This document shows positions 8,700 through 15,843 of a stretch of 64,000 nt of DNA, one piece after another. The stretch is from a virus (taxonomy: Duplodnaviria; Caudoviricetes), in the IMG/VR virus record IMGVR_UViG_3300047375_000738, one strand, 5' to 3'. How positions within the stretch are numbered: position 1 is the stretch's first letter; each line of letters starts with the position of its first letter. Under the pieces are notes generated by a model. It saw only the letters and a list, made by a program, of their open reading frames with translations. It had not been told where the DNA came from and made no database searches. Made by a program: the position numbers and the translations under genes.

Positions 8700-8728
8700 T
8701 TGACACTATAGCGCACTTGTGCTATAGT
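8700..8728 (+). promoter_or_regulatory. Early promoter P2 (contains 10-bp inverted repeat)
   Basis: TTGACA-17-TATAGT. Confidence 0.85.
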
Positions 8729-8758
8729 GTTAGTATAAACAAACATAGAGGGCAATCA

Positions 8759-9103
8759 ATGTTTTACATTTACGAAAAATCAAGTACTTATATTATGGGA
8801 TACAAAAACGGCAAAGTTCGTCCGGATCACCGCAAGAGCTATAAGACTATGGCTAGTGCTAGAGCAGCATTAACCAAGTGGAGCCATCAGTGGTGGCGTG
8901 AAGAAGGTATCAACGGCGACAGTGCAAACAACAATCCTCACTTCCGTTATGGCATCGCAAGGGCCAACTACTTCCACGACACTATTGAGAAGAAGCGTAC
9001 AGTGTACAGCATCTTTGATGAGGCTAAGGAAAACCCAATCACTGAGACTGTGAACACTCCAGGTTACATGTCGCCCAGCAGAGAATCTTATTGGAGCATG
9101 TAA
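8759..9103 (+). CDS. Early hypothetical protein
   Basis: ATG after GAGGGC; ends NTPGYMSPSRESYWSM. Confidence 0.7.
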   Translation: MFYIYEKSSTYIMGYKNGKVRPDHRKSYKTMASARAALTKWSHQWWREEGINGDSANNNPHFRYGIARANYFHDTIEKKRTVYSIFDEAKENPITETVNTPGYMSPSRESYWSM

Positions 9104-9111
9104 AAAAGAGG

Positions 9112-9140
9112 TTGACACAGCCGCAAGGCTGTGTTATATT
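9112..9140 (+). promoter_or_regulatory. Early promoter P3 (GCAA-loop hairpin in spacer)
   Basis: TTGACA-17-TATATT; ACACAGCC-GCAA-GGCTGTGT. Confidence 0.85.
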
Positions 9141-9175
9141 AATTGTATAGAAACGCTAAACGGAGGGCATCCACA

Positions 9176-9652
9176 ATGGCAACTAGAGCTCGTATCGGAA
9201 TCGAAAACGCAGACGGTTCAATCTTAACTTCATATCATCACTGGGACGGTTACCCAGCAGGCTTGGGTTTCAACCTAGTCAACAACTGGGCAGACGAAGA
9301 TTTGCTTGGTGCCGCTATTCAGTTAGGTGACGCATCGCATTGGGCAGACACTATTGGTAGCAAGACAGACTTTGACTGCCGTGACGATAACTATTACGCA
9401 CAGAATGTCTACTACGGACGTGACCGTGGCGAAACAGATGTAGGTCCTAAGGCTTATGCTTCCTATGAAGTGTTTGAAAAGTGCTTCCAGCGCAACACAC
9501 CCTGTGGTGAAGAGTATGCTTATGTCTTGCGCTTAGACGGTACATGGACACAGATTGCAGTGTATACCAAAGAAGTCTTGCATGATGCGGAGGATTCAAT
9601 CCGCACTGCCAAGGCTCGTATGCAACGCATGATTGATCAGGAGGTAGTGTAA
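9176..9652 (+). CDS. Conserved phage early protein (HWDGYP motif)
   Basis: MATRARIGI...YHHWDGYP...EEYAYVL. Confidence 0.7.
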   Translation: MATRARIGIENADGSILTSYHHWDGYPAGLGFNLVNNWADEDLLGAAIQLGDASHWADTIGSKTDFDCRDDNYYAQNVYYGRDRGETDVGPKAYASYEVFEKCFQRNTPCGEEYAYVLRLDGTWTQIAVYTKEVLHDAEDSIRTAKARMQRMIDQEVV

Positions 9653-10176
9653 TGCCTAACTGGTGCAACAACACAATCACAATCACTGGCGATTACGATA
9701 CACTCGTCCAACTGAAACCTGTAGTAGAAGCAGGCGAAGGCTTGCTTCAAGCAATCGCACCTATGCCTAAGGAACTAGAAGGCACTGTGGCTCCTAGTGA
9801 TGAACCCAACTGGTATGACTGGTGTCACGAGAACTGGGGCACCAAGTGGGATCCAGAGCTGAACCTAGAGTTCATCGACAATGGTGATGGCACTGCTACT
9901 ATCACAGGATTCTTTGAAACTGCATGGGCTCCACCTATTGCGGCAATGCACACCTTGTCACAAGACTGGGACTCGTGCTACATTGAACTCTTCTATGAAG
10001 AAGGCGGTATGTGCTTCGTAGGCTGTTGGGATAGTGAAGGTGGCGATGACTACTACGACTATTCAGAAGCTGACAGCAAGACCATCACCGACATCGTTCC
10101 CAAGTACCTAGTAGAGGAGTTCGCACTAGACGAACGGTTAGCTGAGTATGAAGAAGAGGAGTTGCAGGATGCTTGA
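9652..10176 (+). CDS. YubB/Api92-like ferredoxin-fold protein (DUF1281-like)
   Basis: MPNWCNNTITI...NWYDWCHENWGTKWD...FETAWAPP..YEEGG. Confidence 0.75.
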   Translation: MPNWCNNTITITGDYDTLVQLKPVVEAGEGLLQAIAPMPKELEGTVAPSDEPNWYDWCHENWGTKWDPELNLEFIDNGDGTATITGFFETAWAPPIAAMHTLSQDWDSCYIELFYEEGGMCFVGCWDSEGGDDYYDYSEADSKTITDIVPKYLVEEFALDERLAEYEEEELQDA

Positions 10177-10312
10177 TGCTCTACTAGACGATATCGAAGC
10201 TGTGCTCAAGAAGTATAGCGGAAGCGATTGGGAGATTATGGATGTTGACTTCAGCGATGGCGGAGCAGTGTTCACAGTGAGTGCAGGCCTTAAGGAGGAA
10301 GAGGATGTATAA
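10169..10312 (+). CDS. 47-aa acidic protein (absent from ORF track)
   Basis: MLDALLDDIEAVLKKYSGSDWEIMDVDFSDGGAVFTVSAGLKEEEDV; overlaps neighbours. Confidence 0.6.
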   Translation: MLDALLDDIEAVLKKYSGSDWEIMDVDFSDGGAVFTVSAGLKEEEDV

Positions 10313-10427
10313 GGTAAAGGATGCCTCAGGCGAAATAGTTGCTATCTGTAGTCGACTAGAAGATGCAGAAGCTATGTGCCAAACTGTTGGAAAACAAATT
10401 CGTAGATTTATTGAAAAAGTAGGTTGA
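10305..10427 (+). CDS. 40-aa protein (absent from ORF track)
   Basis: AAGGAGG SD; MYKVKDASGEIVAICSRLEDAEAMC..; stop inside P4 -35. Confidence 0.6.
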   Translation: MYKVKDASGEIVAICSRLEDAEAMCQTVGKQIRRFIEKVG

Positions 10428-10452
10428 CAACTAGTGTGCCCTATGCTATATT
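10424..10452 (+). promoter_or_regulatory. Early promoter P4
   Basis: TTGACA-17-TATATT. Confidence 0.85.
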
Positions 10453-10490
10453 ATATGTATAGGGCAACACAGTAAGAGGGAACTTACAAA

Positions 10491-10688
10491 ATGGCAGACA
10501 TTTGCATTTTTAACTCAGCATACCGTGACAGCGAAAAGCGTTGGATCTCAGTAGACGATGTGCGTGTAGTAACAATGAAAATGGACTACGACAACCGTCC
10601 TTACATGCTGTTTGAGCACACAGACTTTCCACTAGGCGGATTACGTGCAGACTTCAAAGACGGCAACTGGTACTGTGATTTAGATTAA
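10491..10688 (+). CDS. Early hypothetical protein
   Basis: Leader hairpin GTAAG-AGGGAA-CTTAC before ATG. Confidence 0.7.
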   Translation: MADICIFNSAYRDSEKRWISVDDVRVVTMKMDYDNRPYMLFEHTDFPLGGLRADFKDGNWYCDLD

Positions 10689-10701
10689 TAGGAGATAGAA
10701 T

Positions 10702-10947
10702 ATGAAACTTAATGCAAGAGAACTTCAGAAGCTAATGGGTCTTCTACGCAATGTAGCAGAAGTTGATCCAGAAGATGTGATCTCCAACTGTGCATCGCAG
10801 CTGGCGTATGAACTTGAAACTGTTAAGGTGCCATTCGACACCAACACAATGAACGAGAAGCGCCAAGAGCTTGTTCGTTATGCTATCGGAAAAAGAAACA
10901 AATATCGGTTGACACCCGGCGCTCGTCATGCTATAGTAGTAGAGTAA
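10702..10947 (+). CDS. Early hypothetical protein
   Basis: AGGAG SD. Confidence 0.65.
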   Translation: MKLNARELQKLMGLLRNVAEVDPEDVISNCASQLAYELETVKVPFDTNTMNEKRQELVRYAIGKRNKYRLTPGARHAIVVE

Positions 10948-10966
10948 TAAGGGCAAAGAGGGTAAT

Positions 10967-11095
10967 ATGGAAATCGATTATTTTGAAGACGATGTAGAAG
11001 AGCGCAGCTGGATCGCTGCAATGCTTATCAATGCAACCAGCTTCGCAATGAACTTGACACTCGTTGTAGGCTTAACATATTGGATGGTAGGATGA
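10967..11095 (+). CDS. 42-aa single-pass membrane peptide (absent from ORF track)
   Basis: MEIDYFEDDVEERSWIAAMLINATSFAMNLTLVVGLTYWMVG; GAGGG SD. Confidence 0.6.
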   Translation: MEIDYFEDDVEERSWIAAMLINATSFAMNLTLVVGLTYWMVG

Positions 11096-11301
11096 ACGAC
11101 TTATTTGAAATCGTAGAAGACCTTAAGGACATTGACACCTTTGGTAGCGATACCACAGCGTTCGAAGACATCCTTGTGAAGTGGCAAGCTCGTTTGGTAG
11201 AAGCTGAACATGAAGCGGATCGTCAATATGAAATGTTTGCAGGAGTCGCTAAGATACTTGACAAACGTTATGAAACATTTGAAATGGATGACGGAGCATA
11301 G
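11092..11301 (+). CDS. Acidic coiled-coil early protein
   Basis: ATGA overlap with previous stop. Confidence 0.6.
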   Translation: MNDLFEIVEDLKDIDTFGSDTTAFEDILVKWQARLVEAEHEADRQYEMFAGVAKILDKRYETFEMDDGA

Positions 11302-11309
11302 ATAGAACT

Positions 11310-11393
11310 GCTCGCATGGTGGAATGGTAGACACTACAGACTTAAAATCTGTTGCCGCAAGGCGTCCCGGTTCGAATCCGGGTGCGAGTACCA
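11310..11393 (+). tRNA. tRNA-Leu (anticodon TAA)
   Basis: Acceptor GCTCGCA/TGCGAGT, anticodon arm ACAGA-CTTAAAA-TCTGT, long variable arm, GGTTCGAATCC, encoded CCA. Confidence 0.95.
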
Positions 11394-11405
11394 AATACTT
11401 CTGCT

Positions 11406-11482
11406 GGTCTCTTAGCTCAGCTGGATAGAGCAAGTGCCTTCTAAGCACTAGGTCGCAGGTTCGAATCCTGCAGAGATCGCCA
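11406..11482 (+). tRNA. tRNA-Arg (anticodon TCT)
   Basis: Acceptor GGTCTCT/AGAGATC, arm AGTGC-CTTCTAA-GCACT, GGTTCGAATCC, encoded CCA. Confidence 0.95.
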
Positions 11483-11502
11483 AAAGTATTTGAACAAAGA
11501 GG

Positions 11503-11531
11503 TTGACAATGTGCTGCTCTCATGCTATATT
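11503..11531 (+). promoter_or_regulatory. Early promoter P5
   Basis: TTGACA-17-TATATT. Confidence 0.85.
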
Positions 11532-11566
11532 ATATGTATAGGGCAAACAGACAAGGGCTAAAGATT

Positions 11567-11884
11567 ATGAAATTTGTTATCTCAACACAGTACTTAGAAA
11601 ACTATGGCGCACACTGTGAGGACGGTAAGTTCTCCAGCGGTAATGCATACTGGAAGATGAAGGGCGGCACTGATTACATCGTGTCCGACTTAGAGCGTGT
11701 TCAGGATGCGATTGCATTCGTAATGGCCAAGTTCGGCACTAATGATATCTCCCAGAAGGAGTATCCAGTAGCGTTCCGCAGCTATGATGAGTGGGAGACA
11801 GAGTTGGACAAGGAGAGCGTTGAATATGCTGACTTCATTAGGTCAACAGCCAAAGATGTGTCACCACTAGAGGAGGCGATATAA
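11567..11884 (+). CDS. Conserved phage hypothetical protein
   Basis: MKFVISTQYLENYGAH..YWKMKGGTDYIV; AAGGGC leader. Confidence 0.7.
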   Translation: MKFVISTQYLENYGAHCEDGKFSSGNAYWKMKGGTDYIVSDLERVQDAIAFVMAKFGTNDISQKEYPVAFRSYDEWETELDKESVEYADFIRSTAKDVSPLEEAI

Positions 11885-12045
11885 TGTTTGAAGGTTCAGT
11901 TGAAATCCTAATTGCGTTCGTCGCTGTACTTGCTGCGGTAGGTGTAGTCACTATGATTATCCGTGCTATGAACGTTCCTGTAGTAGCAGCAGCAACCATT
12001 GGCGTTCTAGGTTGGATGCTTTTCTTTTATCAATTATCACAATAA
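11884..12045 (+). CDS. 53-aa two-helix membrane protein (absent from ORF track)
   Basis: GAGGAGG SD; MFEGSVEILIAFVAVLAAVGVVTMIIRAMNVPVVAAATIGVLGWMLFFYQLSQ. Confidence 0.65.
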   Translation: MFEGSVEILIAFVAVLAAVGVVTMIIRAMNVPVVAAATIGVLGWMLFFYQLSQ

Positions 12046-12049
12046 GGGG

Positions 12050-12078
12050 TTGACAAGCGAATGACTATGTCGTATAGT
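12050..12078 (+). promoter_or_regulatory. Early promoter P6
   Basis: TTGACA-17-TATAGT, preceded by TGTCG. Confidence 0.85.
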
Positions 12079-12108
12079 ATACGTAACAAAACAACTTATG
12101 AGGGTAAG

Positions 12109-13110
12109 ATGAACGTTAGATTCAACAGTGGCTATTTTAGCTTTAAGGGTAGAAACATCGAAGTGGCAGATAAAGTACTTCCATTATCACAAGGATTCAA
12201 GATAGGTGTTCGCGGCGGCTACGTAACAGTAGACGGTAGTGCAGTGTCTGGTTATCCAGATCGCAATATCAAAGTCTATGTAGACAGTGAGCAAGACTTC
12301 GTTGAAGTTGATGACTCCGTAGCCGTCGCTGCTCCTGAAGACGAGAGTGATGCTGCAATTGTAGAACGCTTGCGCAAACGTTTTAACATGCTAGGCGACA
12401 TGACTAAGGCAGTCAAGAAGGGTGATGTACGTGCAATGATCGTAAGTGGCCCTCCAGGTGTAGGCAAGTCGCATGGTGTTGAAGAAGTACTAGACCGCTA
12501 CAAGACTCTAGAAGCCTTAGGAGGTACACGCAAGTATGAAGTGATCAAAGGTGCTATGTCACCTATTGGATTGTACTGCAAGCTCTATGGCATGGCAGAC
12601 AAAGGTAACGTTGTGGTATTTGATGACTGTGACAGCATCTTCCAAGACGATCTAAGCCTTAACATTCTAAAAGCTGCACTAGACAGCAAGGGTCGTAGAA
12701 TGATCCATTGGAACACTGATTCATTCAAGCTGCGCAACGAAGGTGTGCCAGACTCGTTTGAGTTTAAAGCATCTGCTATCTTTATTACCAACATGAAGTT
12801 TGACAAAGTCAAAGGCAAGCTAAAGGAGCACCTAGAAGCACTAGAGTCACGTTGCCACTATATGGACCTTACAATTGACACAGACCGTGACAAGATGCTG
12901 CGTATCAAGCAGGTTGTGATGGACGGTATGCTCAATGCATACAAGCTAGATCAAGAGATCAAGGACGAGATCGTAGACTTCGTTGATATTAATAAGAACC
13001 GACTACGTGAGCTGTCATTGCGTACAGTGCTCAAGGTAGCGGATCTAGCAGTGGCATTCCCAGACGATTGGGAAGCCTTTGCAGAGAATACGGTGATGCG
13101 TCGAGCATAG
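12109..13110 (+). CDS. AAA+ ATPase with N-terminal extra domain
   Basis: Walker A GPPGVGKS, Walker B VVVFDDCD, sensor FITN, ALESRC arginine finger. Confidence 0.85.
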   Translation: MNVRFNSGYFSFKGRNIEVADKVLPLSQGFKIGVRGGYVTVDGSAVSGYPDRNIKVYVDSEQDFVEVDDSVAVAAPEDESDAAIVERLRKRFNMLGDMTKAVKKGDVRAMIVSGPPGVGKSHGVEEVLDRYKTLEALGGTRKYEVIKGAMSPIGLYCKLYGMADKGNVVVFDDCDSIFQDDLSLNILKAALDSKGRRMIHWNTDSFKLRNEGVPDSFEFKASAIFITNMKFDKVKGKLKEHLEALESRCHYMDLTIDTDRDKMLRIKQVVMDGMLNAYKLDQEIKDEIVDFVDINKNRLRELSLRTVLKVADLAVAFPDDWEAFAENTVMRRA

Positions 13111-13130
13111 AGCTCCGCACATCGTACAAA

Positions 13131-13237
13131 CGCTGCTAAAGGTGCCCTCCCTTAGCAGCACATAGGAAGCAATGCAATGCCCTCACGCTGCGCTTCCAAC
13201 CATGTAGCAGCAGGACCGCCCTCATCCTGCTGCTACA
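13131..13237. ncRNA. Putative structured RNA: three hairpins, each with a GCCCTC (+) / GAGGGC (-) loop
   Basis: H1 13131-13160, H2 13165-13197, H3 13203-13237 (perfect 13-bp stem). Confidence 0.7.
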
Positions 13238-13255
13238 ATTCTTTTAAAATAGTGG

Positions 13256-13284
13256 TTGACAACTGAGTATTCTCATGCTATATT
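13256..13284 (+). promoter_or_regulatory. Early promoter P7
   Basis: TTGACA-17-TATATT. Confidence 0.85.
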
Positions 13285-13316
13285 ATATGTATAGTTAGAC
13301 ACAACGGAGGGCTCCA

Positions 13317-13595
13317 ATGGCATACTACACTCACACAAAGGATCCAGTTGGTGCATTCCAAGAGAAGGACACTGGCAACTGGTTTGAATGGAGCATCAAC
13401 AACGATGTGCTCAATAACATCAACGAAGACTTTCCACACAAGGTTTGGACTGGTGGTGCAGGCGTGTGTGGCGATCAAGGATATCGTTATGCTCACGTGA
13501 TGAAGACTCGTGTGGTAGTGTGTGTAGACGAAGACGAGTTTGGTCTTCCTGTAGTAGAGAAATGGTATACCAAGAAACATAATATTTATGGTTGA
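13317..13595 (+). CDS. Conserved phage hypothetical protein
   Basis: GGA-GGGC-TCC leader; GYRYAHVMKTRVVVCVDEDEFGLPVVEKW. Confidence 0.7.
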   Translation: MAYYTHTKDPVGAFQEKDTGNWFEWSINNDVLNNINEDFPHKVWTGGAGVCGDQGYRYAHVMKTRVVVCVDEDEFGLPVVEKWYTKKHNIYG

Positions 13596-13620
13596 CAACT
13601 AGTACAACCTGTCGTATACT
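13592..13620 (+). promoter_or_regulatory. Early promoter P8
   Basis: TTGACA-17-TATACT. Confidence 0.85.
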
Positions 13621-13650
13621 ATTAATATAAACAGACATTAGGAGGGCTCC

Positions 13651-13869
13651 ATGTCAACAGAATTAAAAAGCAACACCAAAGATGTAAGCCTTACACGCTT
13701 CTGGGGAGGAGAACTTAAAGTTCAAGTCACTACACCTCGTGCTGCCAACTTAGGTCCGCTGACTACAGCAGACAAGTTCTTCCAAAGCATACAGCTCAGC
13801 AAAGACGAAGCTAGGTCATTAGCACTAGACTTGTTCCGCTTCGCAGAAGATCAATCGGAGGAATTGTAA
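13651..13869 (+). CDS. Early hypothetical protein
   Basis: GGA-GGGC-TCC leader; VSLTRFWGG. Confidence 0.7.
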   Translation: MSTELKSNTKDVSLTRFWGGELKVQVTTPRAANLGPLTTADKFFQSIQLSKDEARSLALDLFRFAEDQSEEL

Positions 13870-13997
13870 TGACTCGCAAGGAATGGGTAGGCGAACTGTT
13901 TGGTTACGCTGTTATCGCAATATTCGCATTTGGATGGATTGACTTTGGACAAGGACCTAGTCTTACTTGGTGGAATTTAATTCAATTTTTTGGTTGA
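13869..13997 (+). CDS. 42-aa membrane peptide (absent from ORF track)
   Basis: GGAGG SD; MTRKEWVGELFGYAVIAIFAFGWIDFGQGPSLTWWNLIQFFG. Confidence 0.6.
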   Translation: MTRKEWVGELFGYAVIAIFAFGWIDFGQGPSLTWWNLIQFFG

Positions 13998-14022
13998 CAG
14001 CATACCAATCCTGTCGTATAAT
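13994..14022 (+). promoter_or_regulatory. Early promoter P9
   Basis: Perfect TTGACA-17-TATAAT. Confidence 0.9.
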
Positions 14023-14057
14023 ATTAGTATAAACAAAACAATGTAGAGGGCATTTAC

Positions 14058-14327
14058 ATGAAACGCAATTTAAGAACAGCATACAATCAATTGAACAAGA
14101 TTGGTTGTCCAACTATTGAAGGTGGATACTACGGCGAAGACAGCTTTCGCATCAGTGCAGAGAGTGGTGATGAGCACCACACATGGGCTGACTACTATAT
14201 GATGACAGACGGTGATTGCACTGGCTACATCATGGGCGTAAGCAACCGTATCAATGATATACTGGATCCACTGGGCTTGTATGCCGAATGGATCAATCCA
14301 GGTGTCCTAGCAGTGTGTGAGGCCTAA
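14058..14327 (+). CDS. Early hypothetical protein
   Basis: ATGTAG-AGGGCAT-TTACAT leader hairpin. Confidence 0.7.
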   Translation: MKRNLRTAYNQLNKIGCPTIEGGYYGEDSFRISAESGDEHHTWADYYMMTDGDCTGYIMGVSNRINDILDPLGLYAEWINPGVLAVCEA

Positions 14328-14328
14328 T

Positions 14329-14601
14329 ATGAAAAACCTCAACAACTATATAAACGAAAACTTGATGTTCGGTGGCTTTTATGGCACCAACATCACCTTT
14401 CCACTTAGCCAGAAGAGTGTGGACACTATTGCACGTAGACTGGACAGAGATTTGTCACCTGAGAACCTACACTGTGATGGAGAGATAAGCCACGCTGAAG
14501 CAGAGCGCAAGTATCAGTTCTATGGTCGGGTGATCCGCGAGCTTGAGAACTATTGTCTCAACAACTGGTTGAACTCTCCTGTGGTAGAAGAATATTATTA
14601 A
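14329..14601 (+). CDS. Early hypothetical protein
   Basis: LSPENLHCDGEIS motif; follows previous stop directly. Confidence 0.7.
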   Translation: MKNLNNYINENLMFGGFYGTNITFPLSQKSVDTIARRLDRDLSPENLHCDGEISHAEAERKYQFYGRVIRELENYCLNNWLNSPVVEEYY

Positions 14602-14609
14602 TTAAATGG

Positions 14610-14638
14610 TTGACAGTATACGGTAGATGTCGTATACT
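14610..14638 (+). promoter_or_regulatory. Early promoter P10 (10-bp inverted repeat)
   Basis: TTGACA-17-TATACT; ACAGTATACG-N8-CGTATACTGT. Confidence 0.85.
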
Positions 14639-14676
14639 GTTACTATAAGTTAAACATTGTAAGAGGGCAAAACACA

Positions 14677-15099
14677 ATGGCATATGTATCACAAGCAGAC
14701 AAAAAATCATTAGCACCAGCTATCAAGGCAGTGCTCAACAAGTATGGTATGAAAGGTTCAATCCGTGTGCGCAATCATTCAACACTGTGTGTAACAGTTA
14801 AGAGTGGTGGCATTGACTTCTCAGACTACATGCGTGGAGAAGCCTACATTGATGTCAACGAGTATTGGATCGATCAACACTATTCAGGCATTGCTCGCAA
14901 CTTCCTAAACGAACTATTGGACGCAATGAAAGGTCCTAACTACTTCAACAATGATGATGCGATGACAGACTACTTCCACCGCAGCCACTACACTGATATC
15001 ACTATTGGTACAGCGTGGAACAAGCCTTACACCTACATGCCCAACAGCATTCCAAACGAACTAAAGGTGGATGCAACTAAGGCAGCCTACATAGTATAA
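14677..15099 (+). CDS. Conserved phage hypothetical protein
   Basis: MAYVSQADKKSLAPAIKAVLNKYGMKGSIRVRNHS; GAGGGC leader. Confidence 0.75.
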   Translation: MAYVSQADKKSLAPAIKAVLNKYGMKGSIRVRNHSTLCVTVKSGGIDFSDYMRGEAYIDVNEYWIDQHYSGIARNFLNELLDAMKGPNYFNNDDAMTDYFHRSHYTDITIGTAWNKPYTYMPNSIPNELKVDATKAAYIV

Positions 15100-15103
15100 G
15101 AGG

Positions 15104-15132
15104 TTGACAGTATACGGCATGTGTCGTATACT
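15104..15132 (+). promoter_or_regulatory. Early promoter P11 (same inverted repeat as P10)
   Basis: TTGACA-17-TATACT; ACAGTATACG-N8-CGTATACTGT. Confidence 0.85.
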
Positions 15133-15169
15133 GTATGTATATTAACAAACAAGATATGAGGGTATCACA

Positions 15170-15454
15170 ATGACTATGATTAATACAGTACTAGATCAAA
15201 TCCAACGCATGGACAACGACGAACTCAATAGAGTTATTGCAGCAGTCAAGAGTCAGCGAACATACATTGCTCGCAACATGACACGCAAGCTGAGGGTAGG
15301 TGATGTAGTCACCTTTGAAGGCAGAGGTGGTGCGACTGTTACTGGTAGTGTGCGCAAGATCAATCCTAAGACTGTGCTAGTAAAGGACAGGGCTAGTGCT
15401 ACTACATGGAAGGTTACAGCTACGCTTCTAACACCATTGCACGTAGGAGAATAG
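15170..15454 (+). CDS. Hypothetical protein with C-terminal SH3/KOW-like domain
   Basis: LRVGDVVTF..VTGSVRKINPKTVLV..WKV; GATA-TGAGGG-TATC leader. Confidence 0.7.
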   Translation: MTMINTVLDQIQRMDNDELNRVIAAVKSQRTYIARNMTRKLRVGDVVTFEGRGGATVTGSVRKINPKTVLVKDRASATTWKVTATLLTPLHVGE

Positions 15455-15514
15455 GCAGCTAGGAGCCTGTTGAGACTCGTAGGGAGTTAGACTATCCTAG
15501 ACTACACTAGACGG

Positions 15515-15548
15515 AGAGGCAATCAGAAATGGTTGTCTCTTTTTCTTT
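15515..15548 (+). terminator. Intrinsic terminator closing the early module
   Basis: Stem AGAGGCAATC/GGTTGTCTCT (two G-U pairs) plus T-tract. Confidence 0.75.
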
Positions 15549-15735
15549 GGTCGGTCACTAACGAAAAAAAAAAAATTTTGAGAGGTCGGTCGCTTAGTAT
15601 ATTATACAATTAATACAAGCACTTAGCTAGTAGTGGGGTTGCAAAATCACCACCGTGAAAGCATAAGTACTTCTCTATAAAAAACTGCGCAGCAAAATTT
15701 TTACCCTGCAGGACCCATTTCGGATATATAACTGT

Positions 15736-15843
15736 ATGCACGGTGATAGAGGAAATCCTAAGATAGTTGTACTAATGATTGGTCTATGTGTGTTTCTACA
15801 CTTTATACTAATACCCGTATGGATGTATCTTTTAGGACTATAA
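15736..15843 (+). CDS. 35-aa membrane peptide (absent from ORF track)
   Basis: MHGDRGNPKIVVLMIGLCVFLHFILIPVWMYLLGL; preceded by GATATATA-N5. Confidence 0.5.
   Translation: MHGDRGNPKIVVLMIGLCVFLHFILIPVWMYLLGL

Noticed and set aside
8355-12108. Recurrent N-termini such as MLYYMY(K/R) in ORFs 8355, 8717, 9143, 11522, 12061 as a shared peptide domain
   Set aside because: They are translations of the conserved promoter DNA; true starts lie downstream of the AGGG leaders.
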